Below, piece by piece: positions 12,211 to 25,207 of a stretch of 64,000 bases of DNA. The position numbers and the translations under genes are program-made. A model generated the notes under the pieces. It was not told the DNA's origin. It was given only the letters and a program-made list of their open reading frames with translations, and did no database searches. Numbering within the stretch: position 1 is the stretch's first letter; each line of letters opens with the position of its first letter. Source of the DNA: an uncultured Planctomycetota bacterium (GTDB lineage Bacteria; Planctomycetota; Planctomycetia; Isosphaerales; Isosphaeraceae); the NCBI GenBank assembly GCA_963823665.1, contig CAWGMQ010000004.1, positions 576,001 to 640,000 of the forward strand, written 5' to 3'.

Positions 12211-13124
12211 ATGACGACGGCGATCCAGAAGGACATGGTTTCTTCGCGGGTTCTTGATCGGCTGCGGCGGGGCCAGCTCACGCAACAGCAGGTGGAGGGC
12301 TTCCGCGATTTCCTGGAACAGGTCGACCGCGAGCTGCTTCACCACCGCATCATCACGGACAATGCATACACGCGATGGTTCCAGGCCGGGTTGGCGAGCG
12401 ATCAGGAGTTGGTGCATTTTATACGCCAATTCTCGGTGTTCTCGAATCAGTTTCTGGTGGCTGCGCTTTTGCGTGTGATCAACGCCCCGACCCTTCAACA
12501 GGCGCGGTCGGCCAAAGAGATTCTTTTGAACGAGCTCGGCGTGATCTACCGGCGCACGAGCGGCGATGCAACTGCGACGGGCGCGGTGGATGAAGACGCG
12601 AAGGACCGCGAGGGCGATCCGGAGCTGGTGAGCACCGAGGGAACGGTCGATGGTGGTATTTTCCGTTTCAAGGCGGCGCATTTCGAGTGGCTGCTGGCGG
12701 TGGGGGAGGCACTTGGGCTCGGGCTTTCACAACCTGGGCAAGCGGAAGCAGGGTACGGCGTCGACACTTCATTTCTGCGACGAGCTGATCCGGCTGTTCG
12801 GGAATGAAGACGACCGCATCGCGGAAGGGGCGAGCTTCGCGGTCGAGAACTGGGCGGCGGCGGGTTTCTGGCAAGAGCTGGAAGACGGGCTGCTTGCACA
12901 TCAAGGCAACCCGAATGCCAAATCTGAGGGTTGCTTTCTTCACATGGCATAATCGCGTGGAGGCCCAGCACGCCGGGCACACGATGGAAGAGCTCGAGGA
13001 GGTGTTTTTCTCGCCGAAATTCGATCAGGCGCGGTTCTTCCAGGGCGCGAACGAAGTGCTCGACGCCATCGCGGTCTTCTGGAACGGCTTGGAGGACGAC
13101 CGGATTCGGTGCGTGGTGAACTGA
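12211..13124 (+). CDS. Heme-oxygenase-like diiron oxidase (CADD/PqqC/TenA superfamily); frameshifts near 12722 and 12893
   Basis: Joining three frames gives FIRQFSVFSNQF...ILLNELG...AAHFEWL...SFAVENW...FFTWHNRVEAQH, the E..H..E..Hx3Ex2H ligand pattern. Confidence 0.75.
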
Positions 13125-13138
13125 GAGGCCAAGCTCGC

Positions 13139-14245
<1,107 letters not shown>

Positions 14246-14265
14246 GACATGAGTTGAGGCGCTCG

Positions 14266-14979
14266 ATGAAGACACCCTTACCTGAAGTTGCCAGCATTCG
14301 TGACTTCTACGCTTTCGAGCAGCATGTGATGACATGCCGGCGCCATCGCGGGCTGGCGATGGCCGAAGCATGGTATCAAGTGCCGGTGTTTTATTTCTCG
14401 AACCCCGCGAGCGTCCGGCATCAGGACCAAGACGTGTGGGCGCCCCGCGGTTGTGCCCAACTCGATTACGAGCTTGAACTTGCCTGTGTGATCGGCCGGA
14501 GGGCGCGTGATCTGCCAGCGGACGACCAGGCGCTCGAGTCGGTGGCGGGATTCACGATCATGAACGACTGGAGTGCGCGAGACCTGCAACAGCTTGAAAT
14601 GTCGGTGGGCCTGGGGCCGAGCAAGGGCAAAGATTTTGCCACGTCACTGGGCCCTCAAGTTGTGAGCATGGACGAGCTGGCCGACTGCTACCGAGACGGC
14701 CGGCTGCACCTGGAAATGGCAGCTTCTGTAAGCGGTCGATTGTTATCTCGTGGAAACTCTGGTTCGATGTACTGGACGTGGCCGCAACTGCTTGCACACG
14801 CCAGCCGAGATGCAGACTTGCGTCCGGGTGACGTGATCGGCTCGGGAACCGTCGGCTCGGGCTGCATTCTCGAGCTGACGCCGGAAGCTGCCGGCGGCTG
14901 GCTCAAACCGGGCGACACAGTCGAGCTGTCGATTGAGCGGTTGGGGACTTTGCGCAACCGCGTTGTATCGCATCCTTGA
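14266..14979 (+). CDS. Fumarylacetoacetate hydrolase family protein
   Basis: SIRDFYAFEQH, LDYELELACVIG, MNDWSARDLQ, KGKDFATSLGP, GDVIGSGTVG. Confidence 0.93.
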   Translation: MKTPLPEVASIRDFYAFEQHVMTCRRHRGLAMAEAWYQVPVFYFSNPASVRHQDQDVWAPRGCAQLDYELELACVIGRRARDLPADDQALESVAGFTIMNDWSARDLQQLEMSVGLGPSKGKDFATSLGPQVVSMDELADCYRDGRLHLEMAASVSGRLLSRGNSGSMYWTWPQLLAHASRDADLRPGDVIGSGTVGSGCILELTPEAAGGWLKPGDTVELSIERLGTLRNRVVSHP

Positions 14980-15005
14980 AGAGACGGTGTCTCGGAGCGT
15001 CGTCC

Positions 15006-16176
15006 ATGCCTCAGTATCATGCGACTCGGCGCGATACCTCCCAAGCGCCACATCACCCACCCGCATATTCCGGGCTTCAAGAACGAGGGGATTTACTATG
15101 AGGAGGTGGTCACGACAGCCGGTTTTTCGCGAACCTACAGCGTGGTCTATCATCTTCGTCCGCCGACGAGAGTGACGGGGCTCGAGCCGGCCGGTACGAT
15201 TCCCTCGGATTTCGGCGAACAGCCCACGCTCAGGCACCACCACATCAAGACGGCGGGGCTGCCGCGCTCGGGTGATCCGATCGGCGGCCGGGTGCTGCTT
15301 TTCGGCAACGACGACGTCACGATCGCGCGCTGTCGGCCCGATGCGCCCCAGGAAGAGTTGTTCCGCAACGCCGACGCCGACGAAGTCGTGTTCGTGCATC
15401 GCGGGCGAGGGATTCTGCACACCATGTTCGGCCCACTTGGGTTTCGCGAATTCGATTACGTGGTCATTCCGCGGTGCACCACCTACCGGTTCGAGTTCGA
15501 GGCGGGCTGCGGGCCCGACTTGCTCGTGATCGAGTCGACGGGCAGCCTCACGATCCCTGCGAGGTATATGAATGCCGACGGTCAGTTGAAAATGGGTGCT
15601 CCCTACAGCGAGCGCGATCTTCACGGCCCGAGCGAGATCGGCGTGGTCGATCGCGACGAGGAGACCTCGGTGCTCGTCAAGGACGGCCGCCGGCTGACTC
15701 GCTACAACCTGGCGAACCACCCGTTCGACGTCGTCGGGTGGGATGGATTCGTTTATCCTTACACGTTCAACGCCGACGACTTCGAGCCGCTCACGGGCAG
15801 GGTGCACCTGCCGCCGCCGGTGCACCAGACGTTCGATGCGCCGGGCTTTGTGGTGTGCACGTTCGCACCCCGGATGCTCGACACCGACCCACGGGCAGTC
15901 AAGGTGCCGTTTGCTCATTCGAACGTACAAGCCGACGAGGTTCTGTACTACGTGCGCGGGCGGTTCAGTAGCCGCAAGGGAGTCGAGGAATCATCGTTTA
16001 CACTGCACCCGCGCGGCATTCCGCACGGCCCGCATCCCGGTACCTTCATGGCTAGCCGGGATGCCCGCTCGACCGATGAGCTGGCGGTGATGGTCGACAC
16101 GGTGCGGCCATTGCAACTGAGCCGCCAGGCGATGCTGCTTGATGACCCCGCCTATCCCTTGAGCTGGATTGACTGA
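15006..16176 (+). CDS. hmgA: Homogentisate 1,2-dioxygenase (true start probably ATG 15006 with an indel near 15018)
   Basis: LGAIPPKRH, RNADADE, HPFDVVGWDG, GRVHLPPPVHQTF, HSNVQADEVLYY, TLHPRGIPHGPHPG. Confidence 0.95.
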
Positions 16177-16184
16177 GGCTTGGC

Positions 16185-16790
16185 ATGATCATTGATGTAA
16201 GAGCGGCGGACGTTGTCACGGTATACCGCGCTCTGGTGGGACTGGTTGTTCCACGGCCGATCGCATGGGTGACGACGGTCGACTCGGCGGGAAGGGTCAA
16301 TCTGGCGCCGTTCAGCTTCTTCAACGCCTTCGGCGCCAATCCGCCGATTGTGGTTTTCTCGCCGACACTCCGGCGGGACGGCTCCAAGAAGGACACGCTG
16401 CTCAACGTGGAAGCTGTCGGTGAGTTTGTGGTGAATGCCGCGGTCGAAGAGCTTGCCGAGAAGATGAATTCCACGTCGGCGGAGCTTCCTCGCGGCCAGA
16501 GTGAAGCCATCCGTGCCGGTTTAACGCTGGCGCCCTCGGCCAGGGTTCGCCCGCCTCGCGTGGCCGAGTCGCCCGTTCACCTGGAATGTCTCGTCAGGGG
16601 AATCATGTCGATGGGAGACGGCCCGATCGCCGCGAATCTGGTGATCGGCGAGGTCGTCTTGATCCACATCGAAGAGCGCGTGCTGGACTCCGCCGGGCAG
16701 GTTGACCCGCGCAAGCTACGGGCCATCGCCCGCCTGGGCGCCAACGATTATTGCCGGACGGGCGATCTCTTTCAGATGGAACGGCCGTGA
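16185..16790 (+). CDS. Flavin reductase family protein (DIM6/NTAB)
   Basis: VVPRPIAWVTT, NLAPFSFFN, KDTLLN, ESPVHLEC, ARLGANDY. Confidence 0.93.
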   Translation: MIIDVRAADVVTVYRALVGLVVPRPIAWVTTVDSAGRVNLAPFSFFNAFGANPPIVVFSPTLRRDGSKKDTLLNVEAVGEFVVNAAVEELAEKMNSTSAELPRGQSEAIRAGLTLAPSARVRPPRVAESPVHLECLVRGIMSMGDGPIAANLVIGEVVLIHIEERVLDSAGQVDPRKLRAIARLGANDYCRTGDLFQMERP

Positions 16791-16882
16791 TCGTCCTGTC
16801 TTGGTGCTGCCGCAACGTGGTATCAAGGAATCGCAGAGAGCGGACGGAATTGTTCGAGCGTTCTTCGACCTTGGAGTCCGGC

Positions 16883-19501
16883 ATGAATCGATCGCTGTAT
16901 CTCATCACGTGGGGCATCTCAATTCTGGTGTTCGCGTCGGCGGACGCTGTGAATGCTGCCAGCCCATCGCTCGAAAACCCAACGTTTCGGCCGCCAGCGG
17001 TACCGCTTGTCACGAGTAATCCGTACTTGAGCGTCTGGTCGATGGCCGATCGGCTCACAGATGATGAGACGCGACACTGGACGCGCCGCGAGCACCCGGT
17101 TTCGTGTTTGATCCGGATCGACGGCAAGACGTATCGCTTGATGGGGAAGAAGCCCGCGAACATCCCACCGCTTCCCCAGGTCAGCGTGCGCGTATTTCCG
17201 ACGCGCACGATTTACGAATTCGAAGGGGATCACGTCCACGTCAGTTTGACGTTTCTCACTCCGGCGTTGCCGGACGACCTGCCCGTTTTGGCACGCCCGC
17301 TCACCTACCTGACGTGGGTCGTGAATTCCACCGGGCCGGAAGCGCATGTGGTCTCGATCTTTTTCTCGGCCGGCTCCCAACTGGCCGCGGACCCGCCTGC
17401 ACAGGAAGTTGCCTGGTCGCACGAGGCGATGCCGCCCGTCTCCGCTCTCAGAGTCGGAACGGTGAGTCAACGCACGCTTCAGCGTGCCGGCGATGACACC
17501 AGCATTGACTGGGGCTACCTCTACGTGGCTGCTCCCACCGCGGGCTGTTCGCACGCGGTAGGCTCGAGCGCGGCGATCGCGGAACGCTTCGCGGCGGATG
17601 GCGTGCTGCGCTCCGATCCCGCACAGCTCAATCAAACATCGGGGACAGCGAACGGCTCGGATTTCGTTCTTGCGCTCGGATTCGACGAGTTTCAGGCCAT
17701 CGGGCTGCCGGTGTCGCGCCACTTGATGATCGCGTACGACGAAGTGTATTCGATCAAGTTCCTGGGCCGGAAGCTGCGGCCATACTGGCGGCGCGACGGC
17801 GCCGGCCCGGCCGATCTGTTGCGCGAGGCCGAGCGCGACTACCCGAGCCTGGAACGGCGCAGCTCGATTTTTGACGCCGAGCTGATGGCCGACCTCACGC
17901 GCTGCGGCGGTGAGCGCTACGCACAGATGGCCGCACTCGCCTACCGCCAATCGCTCGCGGGCTGCGGCCTGGCGGCCGATGCCAATAAACAGCCGTTGCT
18001 TTTCCCCAAGGAGAACAGCAGCAACGGCTGTGTCGCCACGGTGGACGTGATCTATCCGGCCGCACCCCAGTTTCTGCTGATGGGACCAACCTACGCCAGG
18101 GCACTCGTTGCGCCGGCCATGATCTACAGCACTTCGCCGCGCTGGAAGTTTCCCTTCGCCCCTCATGATGTCGGCGTGTATCCCCAGGCCAATGGTCAGG
18201 TCTACGGCGGAGGAGAATCGTCCACGAACGAAGCCGACATGATGCCCGTCGAGGAGAGCGGCAATCTGATCCTCCTCTGCGCAGCGATCGCCAAGATGGA
18301 AGGTAACGCGTCGTTCGCCACGCTCTGGTGGCCGCAGCTCACTCGGTGGGAAGCCTATCTCGAGCGCTTCGGCAGAGACCCCGAAGATCAGCTCTGCACC
18401 GACGATTTCATGGGCCATCTGGCTCACAACGCCAACCTCTCGGTCAAGGCGATTCTCGCGATCGCCGCTTACGGCGAGCTTTGCCGGATGCGCGGCGATG
18501 CGGCCGCGGCCGCCAGGTACCGGAGCCGAGCAAAGGAATATGCACAGCACTGGATGGAGGTCGCCGCCGATGGAGATCACTACCGCATCGCATTCGACCG
18601 ACCGAACACCTGGAGCCAGAAGTATAACCTCGTCTGGGACAAGCTTCTCGGCCTGGACATCTTTCCTCCCAAGGTCGCCCAGACCGAGGTCGCCTACTAC
18701 AAGAACGTGGTCCAGCGCTACGGCGTTCCGCTCGATTCGCGAACCCGGCTCACCAAGACGGATTGGTGCCTCTGGAGCGCCACCCTTGCAGGAAACCGCA
18801 GCGATTTTGAAGCCATCGTTGCACCAATCTTCGACTATCTGAACGAGACAACCGCCCGGCTGCCGTTCGTCGATTCTTATCTCACCGATAACCCGAAGAG
18901 CGACGGGATGCGAGCCCGCCCTGTGATCGGCGGCGTGTACATCAAGCTGCTCGAAGACCCCGCGATCTGGAAAAAATGGTCGGGCCGCGATCACGCCACA
19001 CCCGGAAGCTTCGCCCCACCGCCGGAGATGCCCCGAATCACCGACGTCATCCCCACCTCGCAGCGTCACCCGGCCGCATGGCGCTTCACGTTCGCAAAAC
19101 CAGCGCACGGCTGGGAGCAGCCGACTTTCGACGATCACACCTGGCAAAAAGGGCCCGGCGGCTTCGGGACCAACGGCACTCCGGGCGCAGTAATCGGTAC
19201 GAACTGGAACACGCCGGACATCTGGCTCCGCCGCGAAATCACTGTCCCCGCTGGAGTCGCTCATACACATCTTCAACTCATCATTTATCACGACGAAGAT
19301 GCCGAAATCTACCTGGACGGTTTGCTGGCAGCGAGCGAAACCGGCTACGTCACGAGCTATCAGCCCGTCGAGATCCCTGCGGTGGTACAGGCTAAGCTCA
19401 AGCCAGGTGCGAAAGCTCTGATCGCCGTTCATTGCCATCAGACTGGAGGAGGACAAGGGATCGACGTCGGTGTGATCGACGTCGTCGAAAAAGATCGCTG
19501 A
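16883..19501 (+). CDS. Secreted glutaminase A (GtaA)-like DUF5127/DUF4965 protein with a C-terminal galactose-binding-like domain
   Basis: Signal peptide; FRPPAVPLVTSNPYLSVWS, KENSSNGCVATVDVIYP, MPVEESGN, QLCTDDF, WSQKYNLVWD; C-terminal DIWLRRE..HDEDAEIYLDG. Confidence 0.85.
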   Translation: MNRSLYLITWGISILVFASADAVNAASPSLENPTFRPPAVPLVTSNPYLSVWSMADRLTDDETRHWTRREHPVSCLIRIDGKTYRLMGKKPANIPPLPQVSVRVFPTRTIYEFEGDHVHVSLTFLTPALPDDLPVLARPLTYLTWVVNSTGPEAHVVSIFFSAGSQLAADPPAQEVAWSHEAMPPVSALRVGTVSQRTLQRAGDDTSIDWGYLYVAAPTAGCSHAVGSSAAIAERFAADGVLRSDPAQLNQTSGTANGSDFVLALGFDEFQAIGLPVSRHLMIAYDEVYSIKFLGRKLRPYWRRDGAGPADLLREAERDYPSLERRSSIFDAELMADLTRCGGERYAQMAALAYRQSLAGCGLAADANKQPLLFPKENSSNGCVATVDVIYPAAPQFLLMGPTYARALVAPAMIYSTSPRWKFPFAPHDVGVYPQANGQVYGGGESSTNEADMMPVEESGNLILLCAAIAKMEGNASFATLWWPQLTRWEAYLERFGRDPEDQLCTDDFMGHLAHNANLSVKAILAIAAYGELCRMRGDAAAAARYRSRAKEYAQHWMEVAADGDHYRIAFDRPNTWSQKYNLVWDKLLGLDIFPPKVAQTEVAYYKNVVQRYGVPLDSRTRLTKTDWCLWSATLAGNRSDFEAIVAPIFDYLNETTARLPFVDSYLTDNPKSDGMRARPVIGGVYIKLLEDPAIWKKWSGRDHATPGSFAPPPEMPRITDVIPTSQRHPAAWRFTFAKPAHGWEQPTFDDHTWQKGPGGFGTNGTPGAVIGTNWNTPDIWLRREITVPAGVAHTHLQLIIYHDEDAEIYLDGLLAASETGYVTSYQPVEIPAVVQAKLKPGAKALIAVHCHQTGGGQGIDVGVIDVVEKDR

Positions 19502-21963
19502 TCGCCACACTCGAGATCAATGCCCACACAAATGTGGAAACGCACGTGACCGCACAGCCCAGGACAAACCCCGGCGGCTCGTAGTGAAGCGCGATCGTGT
19601 GCCGCCCGGGGTTAGAGAGGGGAATCACTCGCTGAGAGTGGTTGCCGCGCAGCACCGGCACGGCTAAACCGTCCACGAGCGCGCTCCAGCCCGGCATCCA
19701 GGTATCGGCCACGACCAGGAGACCGGGTGCGGCCGTCGCCACGCGCAGAACCGGGCGGTCCGGGTCGGCTGTTGCCCATTCTGCGGGTGTGAACGGCTGA
19801 CGGGGGCCGGCCGCGACTTCGCCAAAGGGTCGACATCCATCAGCACCCAGCGGCGCGGGTCCACCAGCCGAAACGCACCGGCGTCAAACCGATCGTCCGA
19901 GCGCGCTTCGAGCGCGCGAGGAACGACATAAGCTCGCGGCAATCTCCCAGGATTCGACTGAATGACAAACTCGCCTCCGTTCCACCGCCCTCGAGCGACG
20001 ACCGGCCAACCCGGGTCTGACTCAAACTTATCCGATACAACGTGGGACACACTCATCCGATCGAAGACCTCCTGACGTACCTCGCGCTTGAAGTCCTCAA
20101 CGGGTGCGTTCATCAAGTCGTCGTGCTTCGGGCGCTGGCGCGCTGCCACGGGATAAAGTCGTTCATAGAGCCGCGCGGCGTGATCGATCTGGAACACGTC
20201 ATTAACATTTGTTTTCTCGATCCCGTGCGCGGCCGCCCGCAAATCCCCGTAAAAGTTGTCTCGTGCCTTGATTCGCGGCGGAAGTCGATAAGCCGACTCT
20301 GCGCCCAACCCCTCGATCGCGGCACTCACCGGGTCAGCACCCATGAACAACTCCGGAGGCGCCACCTGCAAGAGCGAGTTCCCGTACCAGCCGAGCTCGC
20401 AAAACGCGAGCAAGCCGATCAAGCCCGCCGCAAGTCGCGGACCACGAGAGGAGGCAAGCGGAAGGCTTCCCAGGACGAGAACACCGGCCAAGCCCCCCGA
20501 GCGCGAGCCGGAACCGATCGTCCGCGAGCACCATTTGAGCCGCCAGTGTGGTTCGCGCAGGATTCGCGGATCGGCGAGCTGGCCCGATCAGATAGAGCGT
20601 CGCCACGCCCACGACGATGAACGCCCCGCAGCGCACCGCAAAAAGTCGCCACGCTCGGGGCTCTGCGAGCCGAGTTATGATCGTCTGCACACCCAGGCCC
20701 GCCAGCACTGCCGCAGCGAGATTGGCAAGGAAACAGCGTTCGCGCCGGCACCCGGAACCAGTTCATCCCAGGCACGACAAAATACGCAGCCGCGTACAGC
20801 AGCAGGTGTCGCCCGCAGGCACACCAGAGTGCCAGGCCCACGAGCAGCAACCACCCGCGAACCGCCTTTCGGTCCGGGTGCCAGCGGACAGCAGCGATCC
20901 CGAGGAAAAGCGGAATCAGCCCGATCGAGAGGAGTGTCTCCCAGTAGTTGTCGCTGCCGAAATAATCCGCCGGCCCACCAAGAGCCATCGGGCAAAGCAA
21001 TTGAAATGCGTTCACGGCTTCCAGGTGGTAACGTCTGGGAACGCTCACTCGCCCGGACGCGTGGTGATCGCGCAACAGCCAGGGCCGCACTGCAAGCTGC
21101 GGTGCCAGGTCGAGCGCCGCCAATCCCAGCGAGAGTGCCAGAGCGCCGCCCCATACGATGATCCGCGACCCCGCTTGGCGCAGGCGTCCCGAGCGCCAGA
21201 GAACCAGAGCATCAGCCACGCTCCAGGCCGATAGCGCGAGAACGAGGAGCAGCCATTCCTGCGGATGACCCGCCAGGAACGCAAACGCCAGCACTACGGG
21301 CAGGATCAACCATCCGCGAAGGCGACCGCGTCTGGCTTCGCCGAAGGACCAGAACGCCCAGGGATACCAGGCCGCCGCCCAGACGTGTGGATAATGCCCC
21401 TCAAACGTATGTGCAAGCAAATATGGCGATGCCAGGTAGACGGAACCGCCCACAGTCGCCGCCCACCGACTTCCAGACGCCGAGCGCAAAAGCCGATAGA
21501 CCCCCATGCCACCCCAGATCAGGTGGCCGCAGGTCAACCAGCCTAACAGAGAGGGTGGCCCCCACCAGACGGCCCAAACAAACGGATAGAAGAGGCCCGC
21601 TTGCGGATTGCCGACCGAGGGTCGGCCGCCAAATCCTCTGGCATCCCAGAGCGGCAAGTGCCCGAACGCCGAGATCAGCTTGCTCTGGGCCAGGTGATGC
21701 GGAAGGAAAACAAAGGTCAGATCGTTCCCGATTGGACGCGGGTCGCCGGCGTTTGCACGGTCGATGCTGGGCCGGCGGCCGTCGACCAGGAGCGCTTCGG
21801 GATGCACGATCAAATGGCCGAAGCACACGGCCGCGAGCGCGACCATCGCGACTGCCGGGAGCCACGGAACTTTCCGAGCCCCCGCTCGGGCTGGGTGAAC
21901 AGCCGCGTTCGTTATGAGCTTGCGATGACCCAAGGTGCCACGTGCTCCGGGAGGCAATATCAC
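19398..21963 (-). CDS. YfhO-like membrane protein (GT-C-like), fragmented by several indels; ends approximate
   Basis: HLPLWD..FGGRPSVGNPQAGLFYP, LAGHPQ, FRVPAR, LPRAYVV, and C-terminal LLVVADTWMPGWSALVDG..GRHTIALHYEP. Confidence 0.8.
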
Positions 21964-21972
21964 TCAAGGATG

Positions 21973-23291
21973 TCAGGACGAAGAATCTTCACGCGCGTCT
22001 TGATGCAGAATCTCACTGGGAAAGCGCCGGCCCAGAATGTGCGGCCGCGGGAAGGGCGAGATTTCGCGGCCCGCCCGGGCGCCAGAGAGCAACTCGAAAT
22101 ACCGCTGGATATGCTCGGTTTCCGACCACTCACCCGTGCGGACTGCAAATCCTCGCGCGGCGAGGTCGTCGTGCAGACGATGATCGTGCACCATCCGCCG
22201 CAGCGCAGTCAAAAACTCGGTGTCGGTGCGAAAAGCGAGGCCGCCGCCACTCAAGAAGCCGGTTTCGTAAAGGGCGCCTCCGCCTTCATGAACAACCACC
22301 GGCGTTCCCACCGCGAACGCCTCGAGCACGACGTACCCGAACGTCTCGGGGAAGAGCGAGGGCACCACCACCGCCCGCGCGCTGCGGAATAGCCGCGCCA
22401 GCGCAGGACCGCCCAGCAGTCCCTCGAATCGCACATTCGGCAAGCCGGCCGCGAGTGCTTTCAGCTCGGCCTCATACGGGCCCGTCCCGGCGATACGGAG
22501 GTCGACCTCCGGCAAGTAGCTCATGAGTGGAATCAGTCGCTGAAAACCCTTCATCTTCACGAGCCGGCCGGCCGCGGCGAGGTAAGGCCGTTCAAGCACC
22601 ACCGGCAACTCGTTCTCGACGCCCTTCGACCAGCCGTCGGGCAGGAAATAGGGAAGGTGAACCAGTCTCACGTGCGAGCCGATACCGCGGCGGCGATGCT
22701 CGTCCAGGCTATGGCGGCTGGGAAAAACCAGTGCATCGAGAGACTCTAGTCCTCGCTCGATCGCCCGCGTCGCGCGCCAGACCTGGGGAGGCCGGCGGCC
22801 GTTCAAGCAGCAACTCACACAGTTGGGCGCTTCGCACGCCTTTCGATCGTATTTCCAGAGAAGATGCATGGGACAGATCAGCCAGTGCTCATGAGCCGTC
22901 ATGATCCGTGCTGCCCGGCGATTGGCCCCGTCAGAGAGCAGCCCCGGCCCCCCGATCAGCGAAATGTTGTGGAAGTGGATGACATCGGTCGCGGGATCGT
23001 CAAGCGCCTCCTTGAGCGCGCCGACTTGAAGAAGGGCTTCCCGGTCGCCTGGGTCGCCAGTGGCGAAAGCAACCCGAAGCTGCTTTTCAAGGGGTGAATG
23101 TGCAACCCGGGCGCGGGCTCATACGAGCGCAGCGGGTGGCCGTTGCGCACGGCATTGAAGGCATCGACACAATAATAGACATGAACCTCGTGCCCGCGCC
23201 GGCAAAGCGCCTCGCTCAAGCGCTCGACGTACGCAGCGTCCCCACCAAAGCTGTGCTCGCCGAAGAACGTCGTGATCATGGCGAATTTCAT
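21973..23291 (-). CDS. Glycosyltransferase family 4, frameshifted near 22900-23020
   Basis: GGDAAYVERLSEALCRRGHEVHV, TAHEHWLICP, AGRLVKMKG, PSLFPETFGYVVLEAFAVGTPV. Confidence 0.9.
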
Positions 23292-23392
23292 GGGCGACCT
23301 CCGTGTCGCTTTTGAGCATCGATGTGTCGGCCACGATGGTTATCACGAACCCTGATCTCGATCGAGTTGAATGCGGTCGGCCCACGTGCAAC

Positions 23393-24931
23393 TCAGGAAC
23401 TCGGCCTCGACCGTGCCAGTGGCCCCAAGACTCGCCTCCAGAGCCGCGTATGCCGAAGCCCGCCAAGTGCGACCCAGAACGCCGCATAAGTGATCGCCCC
23501 GCCCCCAACAGCCAGCAGCACATGAATGTGCTTGAGAGCCAGGCAAACCGGGATCATGGCGAGCGAGGACAGTACAGGACGGCCCAGATGATGATGCCAC
23601 GCCGGCTGACGTCCTTCCCGCGCCAGGCACCCATATCCCGTGAGCACCAGCCCCAATCCGATCAGCAGCACGCCCAGTGACGCCCCGGGAAGACCAAAAC
23701 GCAGCACGAGCAAGCCGACGAGTGGGACGATTCCAATCGCGCCGGCGACGAGCGTCCGCACGCCCACCGACTCGCGATTAAGCGCGATGAGCGTCGTCTG
23801 ATACAGATAAGCCAGGATCAAGAGCGGCGCGCGCCAGATACCCAGCGCCAGCAGCGTGCCGGCGCCGGCATACGCCGAGGGAAGCACGAGATGCACGAGC
23901 GGATCGGCAAGCACCGTGCAGCCCACAGCGACCGGCACCAGCCCCGTCATCAGCACTTCAACCAGCGAGTCAAGCGCTTCACGCCCGGCGTCGGCCTGCT
24001 CGCGCCACAACCGGGACAGGGCCGGAAACGCCGCTTGCTGAAGGATCAGACCGAACGTCAATAGCGCCGTGACCATCCGGTACGGAGCACCATAGAGCCC
24101 GACATCTCCCCACGAGCTCATGAAACCAACGACCAGCAGGTCGGCCGAGATGATCACGGCCTGCGAGAGCTGAATCAAGCAGACGGTGCGGCCACGCTGC
24201 ACAATGATCGACAGGAACCGCAAACTGATCCGCGGACGCGGCAACCGGTAATTCTTCAAGTAGCTCATCCAGACCAGACTGATTCCCACCGCCTCGCCGC
24301 CCGTGAGCCAGACCGGAACCCACGCAATCCGGCTCGCGTCGCGCACGCACAGCAGCACCCCAATCGCGTAGATGCCGGTTCGTATGCAAAGCGAGAGCGC
24401 AACAAGCCCCATGCGCTCCGTCCCTCGAAAGACGTAATCGAGCCCCGTCGCCGTGGTGAAGAGCATGGAGCCGTAAAGCATCAGCGTCCGTAAATCTGAA
24501 CGGTCCGACAACGTCAATGAGCCGACGAGCGCCAGCAACGAGAAGAGCATCAGGGCAAACAATGTCTTGTACGCCAGGACCTGGTCCACAAGTGGCCGAA
24601 TCAATCGAGGATGCCGTGATAGCTCGCGAGCAACGATCACATCGCTGCTATCCCGCAACAGCAGCACAAGCCAGAACACTACGTTGAAGGCAAATTCGAT
24701 ACGACCGTATCCATCCACCCCCAGGCGCTTGGCGAGCGACAACGTCACAATCACCGACGTCGTGCGGCAAACCAGCTCCGCGACACTCAAGAACGCGAAA
24801 TTCGACGCAATTCGCCGTCGCGTCGGACTGTCGACCCTTCGCGCCGTACAAGCGTGCACTGCAAGCCGGGGCGCGCCTGGCTTCCCTTCCCTGGTCGGTC
24901 GCGGTCGCGCTTTGACAGATGCGCTGGCCAT
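23393..24931 (-). CDS. Wzx-like oligosaccharide flippase (MOP family)
   Basis: About 12 TMs; LAKRLGVDGYG, DLLVVGFM..DVGLYGAPYR, AFPALSRL. Confidence 0.88.
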   Translation of the reverse strand: MASASVKARPRPTREGKPGAPRLAVHACTARRVDSPTRRRIASNFAFLSVAELVCRTTSVIVTLSLAKRLGVDGYGRIEFAFNVVFWLVLLLRDSSDVIVARELSRHPRLIRPLVDQVLAYKTLFALMLFSLLALVGSLTLSDRSDLRTLMLYGSMLFTTATGLDYVFRGTERMGLVALSLCIRTGIYAIGVLLCVRDASRIAWVPVWLTGGEAVGISLVWMSYLKNYRLPRPRISLRFLSIIVQRGRTVCLIQLSQAVIISADLLVVGFMSSWGDVGLYGAPYRMVTALLTFGLILQQAAFPALSRLWREQADAGREALDSLVEVLMTGLVPVAVGCTVLADPLVHLVLPSAYAGAGTLLALGIWRAPLLILAYLYQTTLIALNRESVGVRTLVAGAIGIVPLVGLLVLRFGLPGASLGVLLIGLGLVLTGYGCLAREGRQPAWHHHLGRPVLSSLAMIPVCLALKHIHVLLAVGGGAITYAAFWVALGGLRHTRLWRRVLGPLARSRPSS

Positions 24932-25207
24932 TCGAGAGGGCACTTCCTTGTGCAGTTGAACCAAGGCCTGCAGCACAACGAGCTTTACCCGCTCGCTGAT
25001 AGTCTTCCCAGGTTAATCGGACTTCCTGCCTTTGCCACCTTAACGTGATTAAGGCCACGAGGTGATTGCGCTACCTGATGAATCGCAGGATCGGCATTAC
25101 CCTCGACGACGGAATCCGAAAGGATGGGCGGAAGCGCGGGCATCGTAGTGGCGTGCCGCAAGAGTGTCAATTGAAGGTTCTGGCCCTCGCCATGAAATTC
25201 TGTTCAG

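Noticed and set aside
16185..16790. Flavin reductase as proof of a two-component oxygenase with the diiron protein
   Set aside because: This family commonly accompanies hppD/hmgA/FAH clusters on its own, so it is only suggestive.
16919..19510. 863-aa minus-strand ORF and similar long antisense ORFs (e.g. 10036-11484, 42443-43987)
   Set aside because: Shadow frames of well-supported genes in high-GC DNA.
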